Shown here one piece after another: positions 29,732 through 39,836 of a stretch of DNA of 64,000 nucleotides. The stretch covers positions 1 to 64,000 of the forward strand of contig NJBG01000001.1 of the NCBI GenBank assembly GCA_005222965.1, read 5' to 3'. The notes under the pieces are model-generated. The model worked only from the letters and a program-made list of their open reading frames with translations, was not told the origin of the DNA and did no database searches. Positions within the stretch are counted from its first letter, which is position 1. Each line of letters begins with the position of its first letter. This stretch comes from Candidatus Woesearchaeota archaeon B3_Woes. GTDB lineage: Archaea; Nanobdellota; Nanobdellia; Woesearchaeales; B3-WOES. The position numbers were made by a program, and so were the translations under genes.

Positions 29732-30663
29732 GTTCTCTACAAAAAGCAGCCCAAACTGCCTTAAAAGTTTGCATGGGCCTAAAACAAAATGAAAAGATTC
29801 TAATTATTTATGACACTAAAAAGAGAATATTAGCAAATGTTTTAGCAAAAGAAGCTAAAAAAGTAAAACTACTAAAAATTCCAGAATCAAAAGTTCATGG
29901 ACAAGAACCCTCTAAAAAAACAGCAAACGAGATGTTAAAACATGATGTAATTATGATGGTTACATCAAAAAGCCTAAGCCATACAGATGCACGAAGAAAA
30001 GCATCTAAAAAAGGTGTAAGAATTGCTTCAATGCCGGGGATTACAAAAGATATGTTTCTAAGAACAATGAAAGCAGATTATAATAAGATAGAAGAAAGAA
30101 CAAATAAAATATCAGAATTACTAACAAAAGGAAAAAAAGTAAAACTAACAACAAAAAAAGGAACAAACATTATCATGAACATCAAAGGAAGAAGAGCTGA
30201 AAAAGGAGCGTTAATAAGAAAAAAAGGAAATTTCAAGAATCTTCCATCAGGAGAAGCATGTCTAGGACCTTTAGAAGGAACAACAAACGGAATTTTTGTT
30301 GTTGACTGCTGTTTTTTTGAAAAAGTAGACAAACCAATTAAAGTTACAGTAAAAAATGGATATGCAACAGAAATCAAAGGCGGAAAATCAGCTAAAAAAC
30401 TAATAAAAATGCTGGAAAGCATTAATCATAAAGATGCTTATGCAATAGCAGAATTAGGAATTGGCACAAATGATAAAGCAAAGATAACTGGAAACTTATT
30501 AGAAGATGAAAAAGTATTTGGTACTGCTCATATAGCCTTAGGAAACAATATATCATATGGTGGAAAAATAAATGTTCCAATTCATTTAGATGGTGTTTTT
30601 AATAAACCAACAATTTTTATCGATAATAAAAAAATAATGGATAATGGTAAATTAATTATTTAA
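29728..30663 (+). CDS. Aminopeptidase (M29/AmpS-like)
   Basis: NLPSGE, IAELGIGTN, EDEKVFGTAHIALG, IHLD. Confidence 0.88.
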   Translation: MSSLQKAAQTALKVCMGLKQNEKILIIYDTKKRILANVLAKEAKKVKLLKIPESKVHGQEPSKKTANEMLKHDVIMMVTSKSLSHTDARRKASKKGVRIASMPGITKDMFLRTMKADYNKIEERTNKISELLTKGKKVKLTTKKGTNIIMNIKGRRAEKGALIRKKGNFKNLPSGEACLGPLEGTTNGIFVVDCCFFEKVDKPIKVTVKNGYATEIKGGKSAKKLIKMLESINHKDAYAIAELGIGTNDKAKITGNLLEDEKVFGTAHIALGNNISYGGKINVPIHLDGVFNKPTIFIDNKKIMDNGKLII

Positions 30664-31244
30664 TCTTTCCAATCTCCTTCTGTAAATCTATTAGAACTAG
30701 TTAAATGCCATTCATGAGGATTAGATTCTTGTATCATATCAAACATCTTTTTTGCTGTTTCTGTAAATAATTTATCACGAACCTTAAGCCTAATATCTTT
30801 CCAATCTTTCATCAAACTATTTCCTTTAGAATATTGTTCAGCTAATTCCAGATCAACATCTAAATTATCAGCATCTTTTACAATCTTAGATTCAATAGTT
30901 TCTTGTTTCTCAAATTCATCTATTAATTCTTTATATTCTTCAATAGAAGTGTCTTTTGTAGCTTCGTTTATGGCTTTTTTTTCATCCCTATTTGTAAACA
31001 TTTTAGATAAATAATTAACATCTCCTACCCTGGTTTCAGGTATATCATGTATTAGAGCAATTTTTAATACTTTAGAACTATCTGCTTTTTCATGTTTAGC
31101 TAAAACTAATGAAATCCACATTGCACGAAAAGTATGTTCTGTTACATTTGAGAATTCAGGAGTTAAAAATTGGCTCCATGTTCTTTTTACAAACCTTAAT
31201 GTTCCTATCTCATAAAGAAAATTAACATCTTTTTTTATATCCAT
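30660..31244 (-). CDS. HD-domain 5'-deoxynucleotidase-like protein (YfbR/HDDC2)
   Basis: VTEHTFR, LIHDIPE..GD, VKDAD. Confidence 0.85.
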   Translation of the reverse strand: MDIKKDVNFLYEIGTLRFVKRTWSQFLTPEFSNVTEHTFRAMWISLVLAKHEKADSSKVLKIALIHDIPETRVGDVNYLSKMFTNRDEKKAINEATKDTSIEEYKELIDEFEKQETIESKIVKDADNLDVDLELAEQYSKGNSLMKDWKDIRLKVRDKLFTETAKKMFDMIQESNPHEWHLTSSNRFTEGDWKD

Positions 31245-31275
31245 ATTAAAAACTAATTATAGAGATAATATAAAT

Positions 31276-31947
31276 TTATGTATTTTGGTTAGCTGAGGGA
31301 TTTGCATAACAATTAGTATTTATAGCGTTTGGTGATATTATAGGTGTGCCTTGATAATCTTCTTTTGTTAAAATATGAAAAAAATCAATATCGTATTGTG
31401 CTTTACTTTCTTTAACACCTTTATTTTGAGCAATAACAACTAAATCTTTATGAGAAATACCATAAAATTGTCCAAAATGATTAGCAATATCTGCAAATAC
31501 ACCTGAGAACCAACTATCAGTATTATCAACAGTACCATTGCTTAATCTATCTTCTAGTTGACAAGTTAAATCTCTAGTTGAGTAAGTTGAATATAAAACC
31601 TTTAATTCCACCCCTTCAATTGAAAATGGGCTTTCTAAGATATAATCTTCAATTCTATGTTCTACTTGATATTTTTCGTGAGCTTGTTTAATCATATCAG
31701 GAATTTCAGTTAAAAATTTATCTACAAGAGTACCATGAGTATCATCCATATTTTGAATTGTTCTGTATAAATCTGCATTTTTCAATCCTTCTCCTTGTAC
31801 TAAATCTTCATATGAAATTGTATCTGGATCATAACCTAAAGTATCACATAATTCGTCAAATTGATCACTACTCTCAATTTGTTTAATACATTTTATTATC
31901 CTTGATATGGTAATTTCATACCTTTTTAGTTTTTTATTTGATACCAT
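31276..31947 (-). CDS. Hypothetical protein
   Basis: 223-aa ORF. Confidence 0.55.
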   Translation of the reverse strand: MVSNKKLKRYEITISRIIKCIKQIESSDQFDELCDTLGYDPDTISYEDLVQGEGLKNADLYRTIQNMDDTHGTLVDKFLTEIPDMIKQAHEKYQVEHRIEDYILESPFSIEGVELKVLYSTYSTRDLTCQLEDRLSNGTVDNTDSWFSGVFADIANHFGQFYGISHKDLVVIAQNKGVKESKAQYDIDFFHILTKEDYQGTPIISPNAINTNCYANPSANQNT

Positions 31948-32092
31948 ATTTACATTTCTTAATAATTCAAGGATTTAAGTATAAACAACAACTATTTATA
32001 TCTTTCGTTTTTTTAATCACTTATTAAGAGTAACTAAATTTATCTATTTAAAATAAGAAACAAATAAATACCCTTAATATTTCTTTAATCAT

Positions 32093-33277
32093 ATGAAATT
32101 TAAGATAATAAAAGAAGATGGAAAAGCCAGAACAGGTATTGTCACAACAAAACACGGAAATTTCCATACTCCTTCATTTACACCTGTAGCAACTCTAGCT
32201 TCTGTAAGAGCTTTAGACCAGGAAGATTTAGAAAAATTAGATGTAGAAGTTATTTTATCAAACACATATCACTTACATTTAAGACCAGGAGACAATATAA
32301 TAAAAAAATTCAAGGGCTTGCATAATTTTATGAATTGGCACAAACCAATTATTACTGATTCTGGAGGATTTCAGGCATTTTCCCTAGGATATGGAATGGA
32401 ACACGGTGTAGGAAAGATAGCAAACAATATATTCCCAGGAAAAGAAGAGATTGAATACAAAGGAGAGAAATGGGCAAAAGTCACTGACAAAGGAGTTAGA
32501 TTCAAAAACCCACTAAACGGAGATAAAACAGAACTAACACCAAAAATATCAATGGAAATACAATCTAATCTTGGTTCTGACATTATTTTTGCATTTGATG
32601 AATGCACATCACCATTATCTGATAAAAAATACACAAAAAAAGCCCTAGAAAGAACACATAAATGGGCTGTAGAATGCCTAAAATATAGAAACAAAGAACA
32701 AGCTTTGTTTGGAATTGTTCAGGGTGGAGCATTTAAAGATCTAAGAATCAAATCTTCTAAGTTTATTGGAAAATTAGATTTTGATGGATTTGGAATAGGG
32801 GGATCATTAGGAAAAACAAAACAAGACATGTACAAAATTCTAGAATGGGTTATTCCATTGCTGCCAAAAAACAAACCAAGACACTTATTAGGTATTGGAG
32901 GTGTAGATGATATTCTAAATAGCGTAGAAAAAGGCGTAGATATGTTTGACTGTGTAACACCAACCAGATGGGGCAGAAGAGGTCATTTATTTATTTCTCC
33001 TGAAGAAGGAGGGAACATGGAAAACAAATACAAAATAATAATTAAACAAAACAAATACAAAGATGATAAAAAATCAATAGATAAATCCTGTAATTGTTAT
33101 GTATGTAAAAACTATTCAAGAGCCTATCTAAGACATCTACACATGTCAAGAGAATGGACTTATTACAAATTAGCTTCTTATCATAATGAATACTTTATTC
33201 TAAATCTAATGAAAGAAATAAGAAAATCAATCAACAATAAAACTTTTAAAAAATTAAAAAAGAAATGGTTGAAATAA
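32093..33277 (+). CDS. tgt: Bacterial-type tRNA-guanine(34) transglycosylase
   Basis: NTYHL, TDSGGFQ, FDEC, GIVQGG, DMFDCV, Zn site CxCxxC...H; no archaeal PUA extension. Confidence 0.93.
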   Translation: MKFKIIKEDGKARTGIVTTKHGNFHTPSFTPVATLASVRALDQEDLEKLDVEVILSNTYHLHLRPGDNIIKKFKGLHNFMNWHKPIITDSGGFQAFSLGYGMEHGVGKIANNIFPGKEEIEYKGEKWAKVTDKGVRFKNPLNGDKTELTPKISMEIQSNLGSDIIFAFDECTSPLSDKKYTKKALERTHKWAVECLKYRNKEQALFGIVQGGAFKDLRIKSSKFIGKLDFDGFGIGGSLGKTKQDMYKILEWVIPLLPKNKPRHLLGIGGVDDILNSVEKGVDMFDCVTPTRWGRRGHLFISPEEGGNMENKYKIIIKQNKYKDDKKSIDKSCNCYVCKNYSRAYLRHLHMSREWTYYKLASYHNEYFILNLMKEIRKSINNKTFKKLKKKWLK

Positions 33278-33308
33278 AAACATTTATATATATAATATCT
33301 CAATTAAA

Positions 33309-33836
33309 TTGATGAAAAAATTAATATTGATTATTTTGTCAATTAGTTTATTAATAGGGTGTGCAAAAAACATGGATGAAAACAATAAAATAGTAATTCT
33401 TGAGACAAACCATGGAGATATCAAAATAAAATTATATAATGATATGCCAATAACATCAGGAAATTTTGAAAAACTAGTAAAACAAGGTTTTTATGATGGT
33501 GTTATATTCCATAGAATCATAAACAATTTCATGATTCAAGGAGGAGATCCAACCGGAACAGGAACAGGGGGTCCAGGATATACAATTAAAGATGAATTTA
33601 CAAATCATAATAAAAACAATAGAGGAACAATTTCAATGGCAAATGCTGGACCAAACACTGGCGGAAGTCAATTTTTTATTAATCTAGTTAATAACAATTT
33701 TTTAGATACAAAACATCCTGTGTTTGGAGAGGTTATTGAAGGAATGGATGTAGTAGATAAGATTGTTAAAGTAGCAAAAGATTCTAATGACAAACCATTA
33801 GAAGATGTAACAATTATTAAAGCAACATTAAAATAA
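33309..33836 (+). CDS. Cyclophilin-type PPIase with a lipoprotein-like signal
   Basis: FHRII..FMIQGGDP, SMANAGPNTGGSQFFIN; N-terminal LIGC. Confidence 0.93.
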   Translation: MMKKLILIILSISLLIGCAKNMDENNKIVILETNHGDIKIKLYNDMPITSGNFEKLVKQGFYDGVIFHRIINNFMIQGGDPTGTGTGGPGYTIKDEFTNHNKNNRGTISMANAGPNTGGSQFFINLVNNNFLDTKHPVFGEVIEGMDVVDKIVKVAKDSNDKPLEDVTIIKATLK

Positions 33837-34532
33837 TTTTTTAGTCTTCTTAATCTTTTTACTCCAATAGATAAAAGGAGTATCACAAACAGACACAACA
33901 AATTTCATTATATAAGAAACAATAAATATCTGTATAACTATTGACCATTCAAAAATCATAGGTAAAAAAGTTCCAAAACCGACAAATGCTATCCATGTAA
34001 AAACAAAATTATCAATTAATTGAGAAACAATTGTAGAAAGATTATTTCTAAACCAAAGATATTTTCCTTTCATCTTTTTCTTCCACAAAGCAAAAACCCA
34101 CACATCGTGTAATTGTGATACTAAAAATGCTGCTAAGCTTGCAAACGCAATCCTAGGTAAAAGACCAAAAATACTCTCTAAGGCAGGACTTAACATATCA
34201 GATTCATGAGGAACAAAAGCCAAAGAAATATGCATTATAACAGTAACTGTTATCAGAATAAAAAAACCAATCCAAACAGCTTTTCGTGCATCTTTTTTAC
34301 CATAATTCTCATTAAGAATATCAGTAACTAAAAATGTAGTACCATAAATAATATTACCCATTGCAGTTACCAAACCAAAAAAACCAACAGTTTTCATAAC
34401 TTGTATATTTGCTAAAATAATAGCCATTGCCATCCAGGCATATAAACCATTTCTACCAAAATATCTATAAGCTAGAATTATTCCTGCAAAATTCACAAAC
34501 ATCAATAAAATCCATAACAACTCATTTATCAT
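33828..34532 (-). CDS. yhhQ: Queuosine precursor transporter (YhhQ/QPTR)
   Basis: LANIQVMK, FLVTDILNENYG, RIAFASLAAFLVSQ, RNNLSTIVSQLIDN, DTPF. Confidence 0.9.
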   Translation of the reverse strand: MINELLWILLMFVNFAGIILAYRYFGRNGLYAWMAMAIILANIQVMKTVGFFGLVTAMGNIIYGTTFLVTDILNENYGKKDARKAVWIGFFILITVTVIMHISLAFVPHESDMLSPALESIFGLLPRIAFASLAAFLVSQLHDVWVFALWKKKMKGKYLWFRNNLSTIVSQLIDNFVFTWIAFVGFGTFLPMIFEWSIVIQIFIVSYIMKFVVSVCDTPFIYWSKKIKKTKKLF

Positions 34533-34563
34533 AACATTAATTAGAATTAACACTATTTAAAAT

Positions 34564-35409
34564 TTACTTAACAACAGCCAAATACTGTTCAGAAGGCAGA
34601 GTTAATTTAGAAATACTCAACTCAGCTGGCATAAATCTTACACCTTTTTCTGCTTCAATTTGGCATGTACTATCAATTATTCTTCTTGTTCTGGAAATTA
34701 AGATATTCTTCTCGTATCTTGCTACACCTCTTTTCTTAGCATAATTTACATAAGCTCCTCCTGCTTTACAAGGTTGATGATCATGCATTGATCTGTTTGG
34801 TTTTTCACAAACAGGACAATTATCATCTTTAAACTCACAAGGATCTGTAACATGAGCAAAACTTACTACCTCCACAATACCTTTTTTAGGATTAAAATAA
34901 ATAAGCTCAGGAAAGTATGTTAATCCCCTAATCCCCCTTTTTTTGCCAGAGTTTCTTGTATTATGATGATAAAATTGATATAAAGCAACTTCAATAGGAT
35001 CAAGTATTCTTTCGTCATAATGTGCTTCAGAATCAATTTTTTGTTTTAGAAAATACCCTTCATTAACAAGTGGTTGAGTTCTATCTTTTAATTGAGAAAA
35101 ATCAGTATCAGCCTGTAATAAAACAAATCCAGGAATATACCCTAAAGTATTTTTTCCCTGAACAAAAAAAGAGATTGAATTAGATATAGCTTGTAATCTT
35201 CTTCTATCATTATCAAAATGTTTAGGGTCATCATCAAAACGATAAGGAAATTCGGCCTGTTTTGACAAAGTTTTGATAAAAAACTTTCTATCTGCACTAC
35301 CTTTAAACTCAATATCATTACCTATTCTTTCAATCTCTCTACCAACAATATTCTCCAGCAAAAACTGAATCATTTCTTCTCTTTTATCGTGAAGTGTTCT
35401 ATGTGGCAT
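34564..35409 (-). CDS. Hypothetical protein with a Cys/His cluster
   Basis: 281-aa ORF containing C..CPVC..HDHQPC. Confidence 0.55.
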   Translation of the reverse strand: MPHRTLHDKREEMIQFLLENIVGREIERIGNDIEFKGSADRKFFIKTLSKQAEFPYRFDDDPKHFDNDRRRLQAISNSISFFVQGKNTLGYIPGFVLLQADTDFSQLKDRTQPLVNEGYFLKQKIDSEAHYDERILDPIEVALYQFYHHNTRNSGKKRGIRGLTYFPELIYFNPKKGIVEVVSFAHVTDPCEFKDDNCPVCEKPNRSMHDHQPCKAGGAYVNYAKKRGVARYEKNILISRTRRIIDSTCQIEAEKGVRFMPAELSISKLTLPSEQYLAVVK

Positions 35410-35471
35410 TTTAATTTCAATATGTTAGAAACAGTTCTCTATATAAATTTTATTATTTATAAGTAACAAAC

Positions 35472-35852
35472 TTAAGAAACAAGCACAGCATTAACTGATC
35501 CATTCTGACCAGGTCGGGAAATTACTTTTGCTTTTCCCTTCTCAGTATCTATCACAGCACCCTTTGTGATTATATTTCTCCTAACAAAATGACGATTAGC
35601 AGGATTATCCAAAACAGCTTTAATCTTAGCTTTAGAATATGTTTTTGTTTTAGGGTCTAAAACATTAGCTACTTCACTCAAAAAAACCTTCACCTTTTCA
35701 TTACCACCAAGAACCCTCACTTTCTTAAGTTTAGTAGCACCAACTTTTGTATTGCTCGGTTCTGAACCTTTATCATAAAGCTTTTTCTTTCTATAAGCAC
35801 GATATCTGGCTCCTGTTGAGCTTCTTTTTGATCTTGATTGTATTATTACCAT
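35472..35852 (-). CDS. rps8e: 30S ribosomal protein S8e
   Basis: NPANRHFVRRNIITKGAVI...SRPGQNG. Confidence 0.96.
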   Translation of the reverse strand: MVIIQSRSKRSSTGARYRAYRKKKLYDKGSEPSNTKVGATKLKKVRVLGGNEKVKVFLSEVANVLDPKTKTYSKAKIKAVLDNPANRHFVRRNIITKGAVIDTEKGKAKVISRPGQNGSVNAVLVS

Positions 35853-35965
35853 GTTATTTGAGGAATTTTAAAGCATTTAAATAACTTATGTTTTTTAATC
35901 AACACAAAGATTTATAAACAACAAACATTTCCATTTCTTATTATTTATTTTTTGAGGTAGAAAAA

Positions 35966-36250
35966 ATGGAAGAACAAATGTCAAGACCTTTTGATGCTTT
36001 AAACAGAGCAAAAGGCAAAAGAGTTGTAGTTGAATTAAAAAACGGAAAACAATATAGAGGAGTATTAGAGGCTTTTGATCCTCACATAAATACAGTTCTA
36101 AACGAGACAGAAGAACATGTACAAGAAGAAGTAGAAAAAGAAATAGACGGTAAAAAAACAAGAGTAAAAACCGGAAACATGGTTCTCAAGAGAAAACTTG
36201 GAAATGTGTTCTTAAGAGGAGACACAATAACAATTATAAGCCCAGAATAA
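35966..36250 (+). CDS. Sm-like protein (Lsm/SmAP) with an extended loop
   Basis: [24 protein letters not shown]; lies upstream of rpl37e. Confidence 0.9.
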   Translation: MEEQMSRPFDALNRAKGKRVVVELKNGKQYRGVLEAFDPHINTVLNETEEHVQEEVEKEIDGKKTRVKTGNMVLKRKLGNVFLRGDTITIISPE

Positions 36251-36260
36251 GATTTCTAAA

Positions 36261-36428
36261 ATGACAAAAGGAACACCATCAAGAGGAAAGCACAGTAGAA
36301 AAAAGACACATATAATGTGCAGAAGATGCGGTAAAAGAACATATCATGTTTCTAAAAAAGTTTGTTCAAGTTGTGGTTATGGAAAATCAAAAAGAATGAA
36401 AATTTTCACGTGGTCTAAAAAGAAATAA
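36261..36428 (+). CDS. rpl37e: 50S ribosomal protein L37e (not in the ORF track)
   Basis: [10 protein letters not shown]...[14 protein letters not shown]...CSSCGYG. Confidence 0.95.
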   Translation: MTKGTPSRGKHSRKKTHIMCRRCGKRTYHVSKKVCSSCGYGKSKRMKIFTWSKKK

Positions 36429-37655
36429 TTATTTCTTAATATATTTAACTAACTCTATCCTGTTATTAAGAACTTTATCAACAACAAACTTACCATTAGT
36501 CAATTTTATTTCCTGACCTTGTTCAGGAATCTTTCCAATTCTTCTTAGAATATATTCTGAAAGAACCTCATCTTTTTGAGATAATCTTAATCTTAACAAT
36601 TTATTAACTAATTTAATTTCACTATCACCATGCACCAAATAAGTATTTTTATTCAAACGATTAATTTTTTTATGGACAATATCCTTTTCGTCATATATAT
36701 CCCCTACAATCTCCTCAATAACATCCTCAATAGTTACAATGCCAGACACACCACCTTTAGAATCAACAACAACAGCTATATGTGTCTTTTTCTTTTTAAA
36801 ATCCTCAAGCATATGATCAATCTTTTTTGTTTCAGGAACAAACAAAGGCTTCATCATAATTTTTTTAATCTTGATATTTGTATTTTTATTAAGATAAGGA
36901 ATAATCTGTTTAAGCAATAAAATACCTTTTATATTATCTTTAGTTTTACTATAAATAGGAATTCTTGAATAAAATCCTTCTTTTATTTTATCCATCATAT
37001 CACTAAGCTTTGTCTCTTCATCTAAACTAAACATTTCTGTACGGTGAGTCATTATATCTTTAACCTCTATATCATTAAACTTAAAGATATTATTTATCAT
37101 CTTTTTTTCCTGAGGTTCTAACTCTCCAATCTCTTCGCCTATCTCTACAGCATTAATAATATCCTCTTCTGTCATTTTTGGCTTTTCTTCTCTCCTGCCA
37201 AAAATCAAGATTATCAAACAGCTCAATCTATCAATAATCCAGATAATGGGTGTAAAAATGATCATTAACGAACTCAAAATACCAGCAGCATGCAGACAAA
37301 TAAACTCACTATGATCAATTGCAAGTTTTTTAGGAGTTACTTCACCAAAAACCAAAATAAAAAGAGTTAATATTCCAGTTGTTATACCAATAGCCCCTGA
37401 TCCAAAAAACATCATGGTTAAATAAGTAGCTAAAGAAGCTGCACCAATATTAACCAGGTTATTACATATAAGGATTGTAGTAATAAGTTTATGACCGTTG
37501 TCTTTTAATTGTTCAACAAGCGTAGCATTTCTCTTATGAATATCTTTTAGTTTTTTAATTTGTATATGGGTTAATGAAATATAGGCTGTTTCCAGACCAG
37601 AAAAAAAGCCGGATAATATCAATAATATAAAAAGTGTTACAAATTCAATAAGCAT
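36429..37655 (-). CDS. CNNM/hemolysin-family protein (DUF21, two CBS, CorC)
   Basis: SGFFSGLETA, NNLVNI, FGEVTPK, YSRIP, GIVTIEDVIEEIVG. Confidence 0.9.
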   Translation of the reverse strand: MLIEFVTLFILLILSGFFSGLETAYISLTHIQIKKLKDIHKRNATLVEQLKDNGHKLITTILICNNLVNIGAASLATYLTMMFFGSGAIGITTGILTLFILVFGEVTPKKLAIDHSEFICLHAAGILSSLMIIFTPIIWIIDRLSCLIILIFGRREEKPKMTEEDIINAVEIGEEIGELEPQEKKMINNIFKFNDIEVKDIMTHRTEMFSLDEETKLSDMMDKIKEGFYSRIPIYSKTKDNIKGILLLKQIIPYLNKNTNIKIKKIMMKPLFVPETKKIDHMLEDFKKKKTHIAVVVDSKGGVSGIVTIEDVIEEIVGDIYDEKDIVHKKINRLNKNTYLVHGDSEIKLVNKLLRLRLSQKDEVLSEYILRRIGKIPEQGQEIKLTNGKFVVDKVLNNRIELVKYIKK

Positions 37656-37751
37656 GCTTTTAGTTCACCATAATCTTATAGGCACAAATAGTTTATATTC
37701 TTTTTGTTTTTATAAAAAATATAAGAAGAATACTACAATCTTACAAAAAAA

Positions 37752-37768
37752 CCGCAAGCTTTATAAAT
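37752..37768 (+). promoter_or_regulatory. BRE-TATA promoter candidate for the tRNA cluster
   Basis: CCGCAAGC followed by TTTATAAA (37760-37767). Confidence 0.5.
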
Positions 37769-37858
37769 GGATGTAAAGTTCTTGAACTATGCCAGAAAAA
37801 TGATTCTATAGTCTTATTGCTATCATGTCATAGCTATAACTATGGAGGTCGTAATCAA

Positions 37859-37980
37859 GCCCTGGTAGTGTAGTGGTTATCACGAAGCCCTGTCGGTTTA
37901 AAGCTCAAAAATTAAAACAGTAAGGCTTCGACCCGGGTTCAACAAAACAAGAGCTTAATTTGAAAGTCCCGGCCAGGGCG
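37859..37980 (+). tRNA. tRNA-Asp(GUC) with two introns: 37/38 (37896-37922) and 59/60 (37944-37966)
   Basis: Acceptor GCCCTGG/CCAGGGC, anticodon stem AAGCC/GGCTT, GTC at 37892-37894, T-stem CCGGG/CCCGG; both inserts form BHB motifs. Confidence 0.9.
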
Positions 37981-38029
37981 TTTAAAATTACAGCGTGTTT
38001 AAATTCACAAAAATAAAACTCATAAAAAA

Positions 38030-38104
38030 GGGCCGGTAGCTCAGCCTGGCTAGAGCACCTGACTTTTAATCAGGGGGTCGCGAGTTCAAATCTCGTTCGG
38101 CCCA
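38030..38104 (+). tRNA. tRNA-Lys(UUU), no intron
   Basis: GGGCCGG...CCTGA CT TTT AA TCAGG...GCGAG TTCAAAT CTCGT TCGGCCC A. Confidence 0.95.
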
Positions 38105-38116
38105 TTTCAATCGAAA

Positions 38117-38356
38117 ATGACAAAATTCAAAATTGAAGAACACATTCTTGTTCCAAAACACTCAAAACTTAATGATAAAGAGAAGAAAAATCTTCTTGAA
38201 AAATACAATATAACTCTAAAAGAACTTCCTAGGATTCTAAAAAAAGATCCTGCTATAAGCCCTTTATCTCCTAAAATAGGGGACGTAATAAAAATAATAA
38301 GAAAAAGTCCAACAGCTGGCGAGGCTATTTTCTATAGGTATGTTGTAAATGGATGA
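38117..38356 (+). CDS. rpoH: RNA polymerase subunit H (Rpo5)
   Basis: HILVPKH, LPRI...DP, GDVIKIIRKSPTAG. Confidence 0.96.
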   Translation: MTKFKIEEHILVPKHSKLNDKEKKNLLEKYNITLKELPRILKKDPAISPLSPKIGDVIKIIRKSPTAGEAIFYRYVVNG

Positions 38357-39836
38357 TCAAACAAAAACTATCATAAAAAAGTTCTTTGAGGAACAGAGTT
38401 TTGTAGATTCTGATATTTCTAGTTTCAATAATTTTGTAGAGAAAAAACTTCAGGAAATTATTGACGAGAACAGAATCATAGAACCAACAATTATCCCTCA
38501 AAATGTAAATGATTTTAAAATTACTTTAGATAAAATTGAAGTTCATAAACCAGAAATTATTGAAGCAGATGGAAGTAGAAGAGCAATCTATCCTATTGAA
38601 GCGAGATTAAGAAAAATAAGTTATTCTGGTCCTGTTTTTATTGAAATAAGTTCTCATATAAACGGAGTGCAGCGTGAAACATTCAAAACACAGATATGCA
38701 ATTTACCTATAATGATTAAAAGTAAACTATGTCATCTAAACAACTTAAATAGAGATGAATTAATTGAAAAAGGAGAAGATCCAGACGACCCAGGAGGATA
38801 TTTCATAATAAATGGAACTGAAAGAGTTGTTGTTAATGTAGAAGATTTGGCCGCAAACAATTTCTTAGTTGAAAAAGCATCAATTGGTCCTTCACCTTTT
38901 ATAGGAAAACTCTTTTCAGAACACGGCTCATTTAAGATTCCTCATACAATAGAAAGATTAAATGATGGTATTATCTATCTTTCATTTACAAGAGTAAAAA
39001 GAATACCAATACTAATCATCATAAAAGCATTAGGTTTGTTAAAAGATGAAGATATTATGCATTTTGTTTCAAGCGAAAAGCAATATGATGATGTTCTAAT
39101 AAACCTTTATGAATTTGTTGATATAAAAATAGAAGAAGAAGCAGTAGATTGGATTGCAAAAAAAATAGGAATTACACAATCAAAAGAGATAAGATTAGAG
39201 AGAATGTATGAAATTCTTGATAAGTATCTTTTAACACACGTCGGAACAAAAAAAGAAGACAGAATTCTAAAAGCATACAATCTTTGTAAGATGATTAAAA
39301 AATACATAAGGGTTGCAAATGGAGAACAAAACATAGACGATAAAGATCATTATATTAATAAAAGACTAAGAGCAAGCGGAGATCTTCTAGCTGATCTTTT
39401 CATGGTTAATCTAAAGGTTCTCATTAGCGATGTTCTATACAATTTCCAGAGAATCGTTAAAAGAGGAAAATTCCCAAGTATAAAGGTAATCATAAGAGGA
39501 AAATTACTAACATCAAGAATAAGCAGCTCAATGGCTACAGGTAACTGGGTTGGTGGTAGAAAAGGAGTAAGTCAAAGAATATCCAGAATAAACTTTATTG
39601 ATAGTCTTTCTCATTTACAAAGAGTTGTTAGTCCTTTATCCGCCACACAAGAAAATTTCCAAGCAAGAGAACTACATCCAACTCATTTAGGAAGATTATG
39701 TCCAATAGAGACGCCAGAAGGAACGAATATTGGATTAAGAAAAAATTTGTCTTTATTAGCATCCCTTTCAAAAGAATCAAACGATGAAGAAACAGTAAAA
39801 GTATTCCAAAACCTTGGATTAAAGGAGATTAAATAA
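38349..39836 (+). CDS. rpoB2: RNA polymerase subunit B'' (Rpo2N)
   Basis: DPGGYFIINGTERV, GRLCPIETPEG. Confidence 0.96.
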   Translation: MDDQTKTIIKKFFEEQSFVDSDISSFNNFVEKKLQEIIDENRIIEPTIIPQNVNDFKITLDKIEVHKPEIIEADGSRRAIYPIEARLRKISYSGPVFIEISSHINGVQRETFKTQICNLPIMIKSKLCHLNNLNRDELIEKGEDPDDPGGYFIINGTERVVVNVEDLAANNFLVEKASIGPSPFIGKLFSEHGSFKIPHTIERLNDGIIYLSFTRVKRIPILIIIKALGLLKDEDIMHFVSSEKQYDDVLINLYEFVDIKIEEEAVDWIAKKIGITQSKEIRLERMYEILDKYLLTHVGTKKEDRILKAYNLCKMIKKYIRVANGEQNIDDKDHYINKRLRASGDLLADLFMVNLKVLISDVLYNFQRIVKRGKFPSIKVIIRGKLLTSRISSSMATGNWVGGRKGVSQRISRINFIDSLSHLQRVVSPLSATQENFQARELHPTHLGRLCPIETPEGTNIGLRKNLSLLASLSKESNDEETVKVFQNLGLKEIK

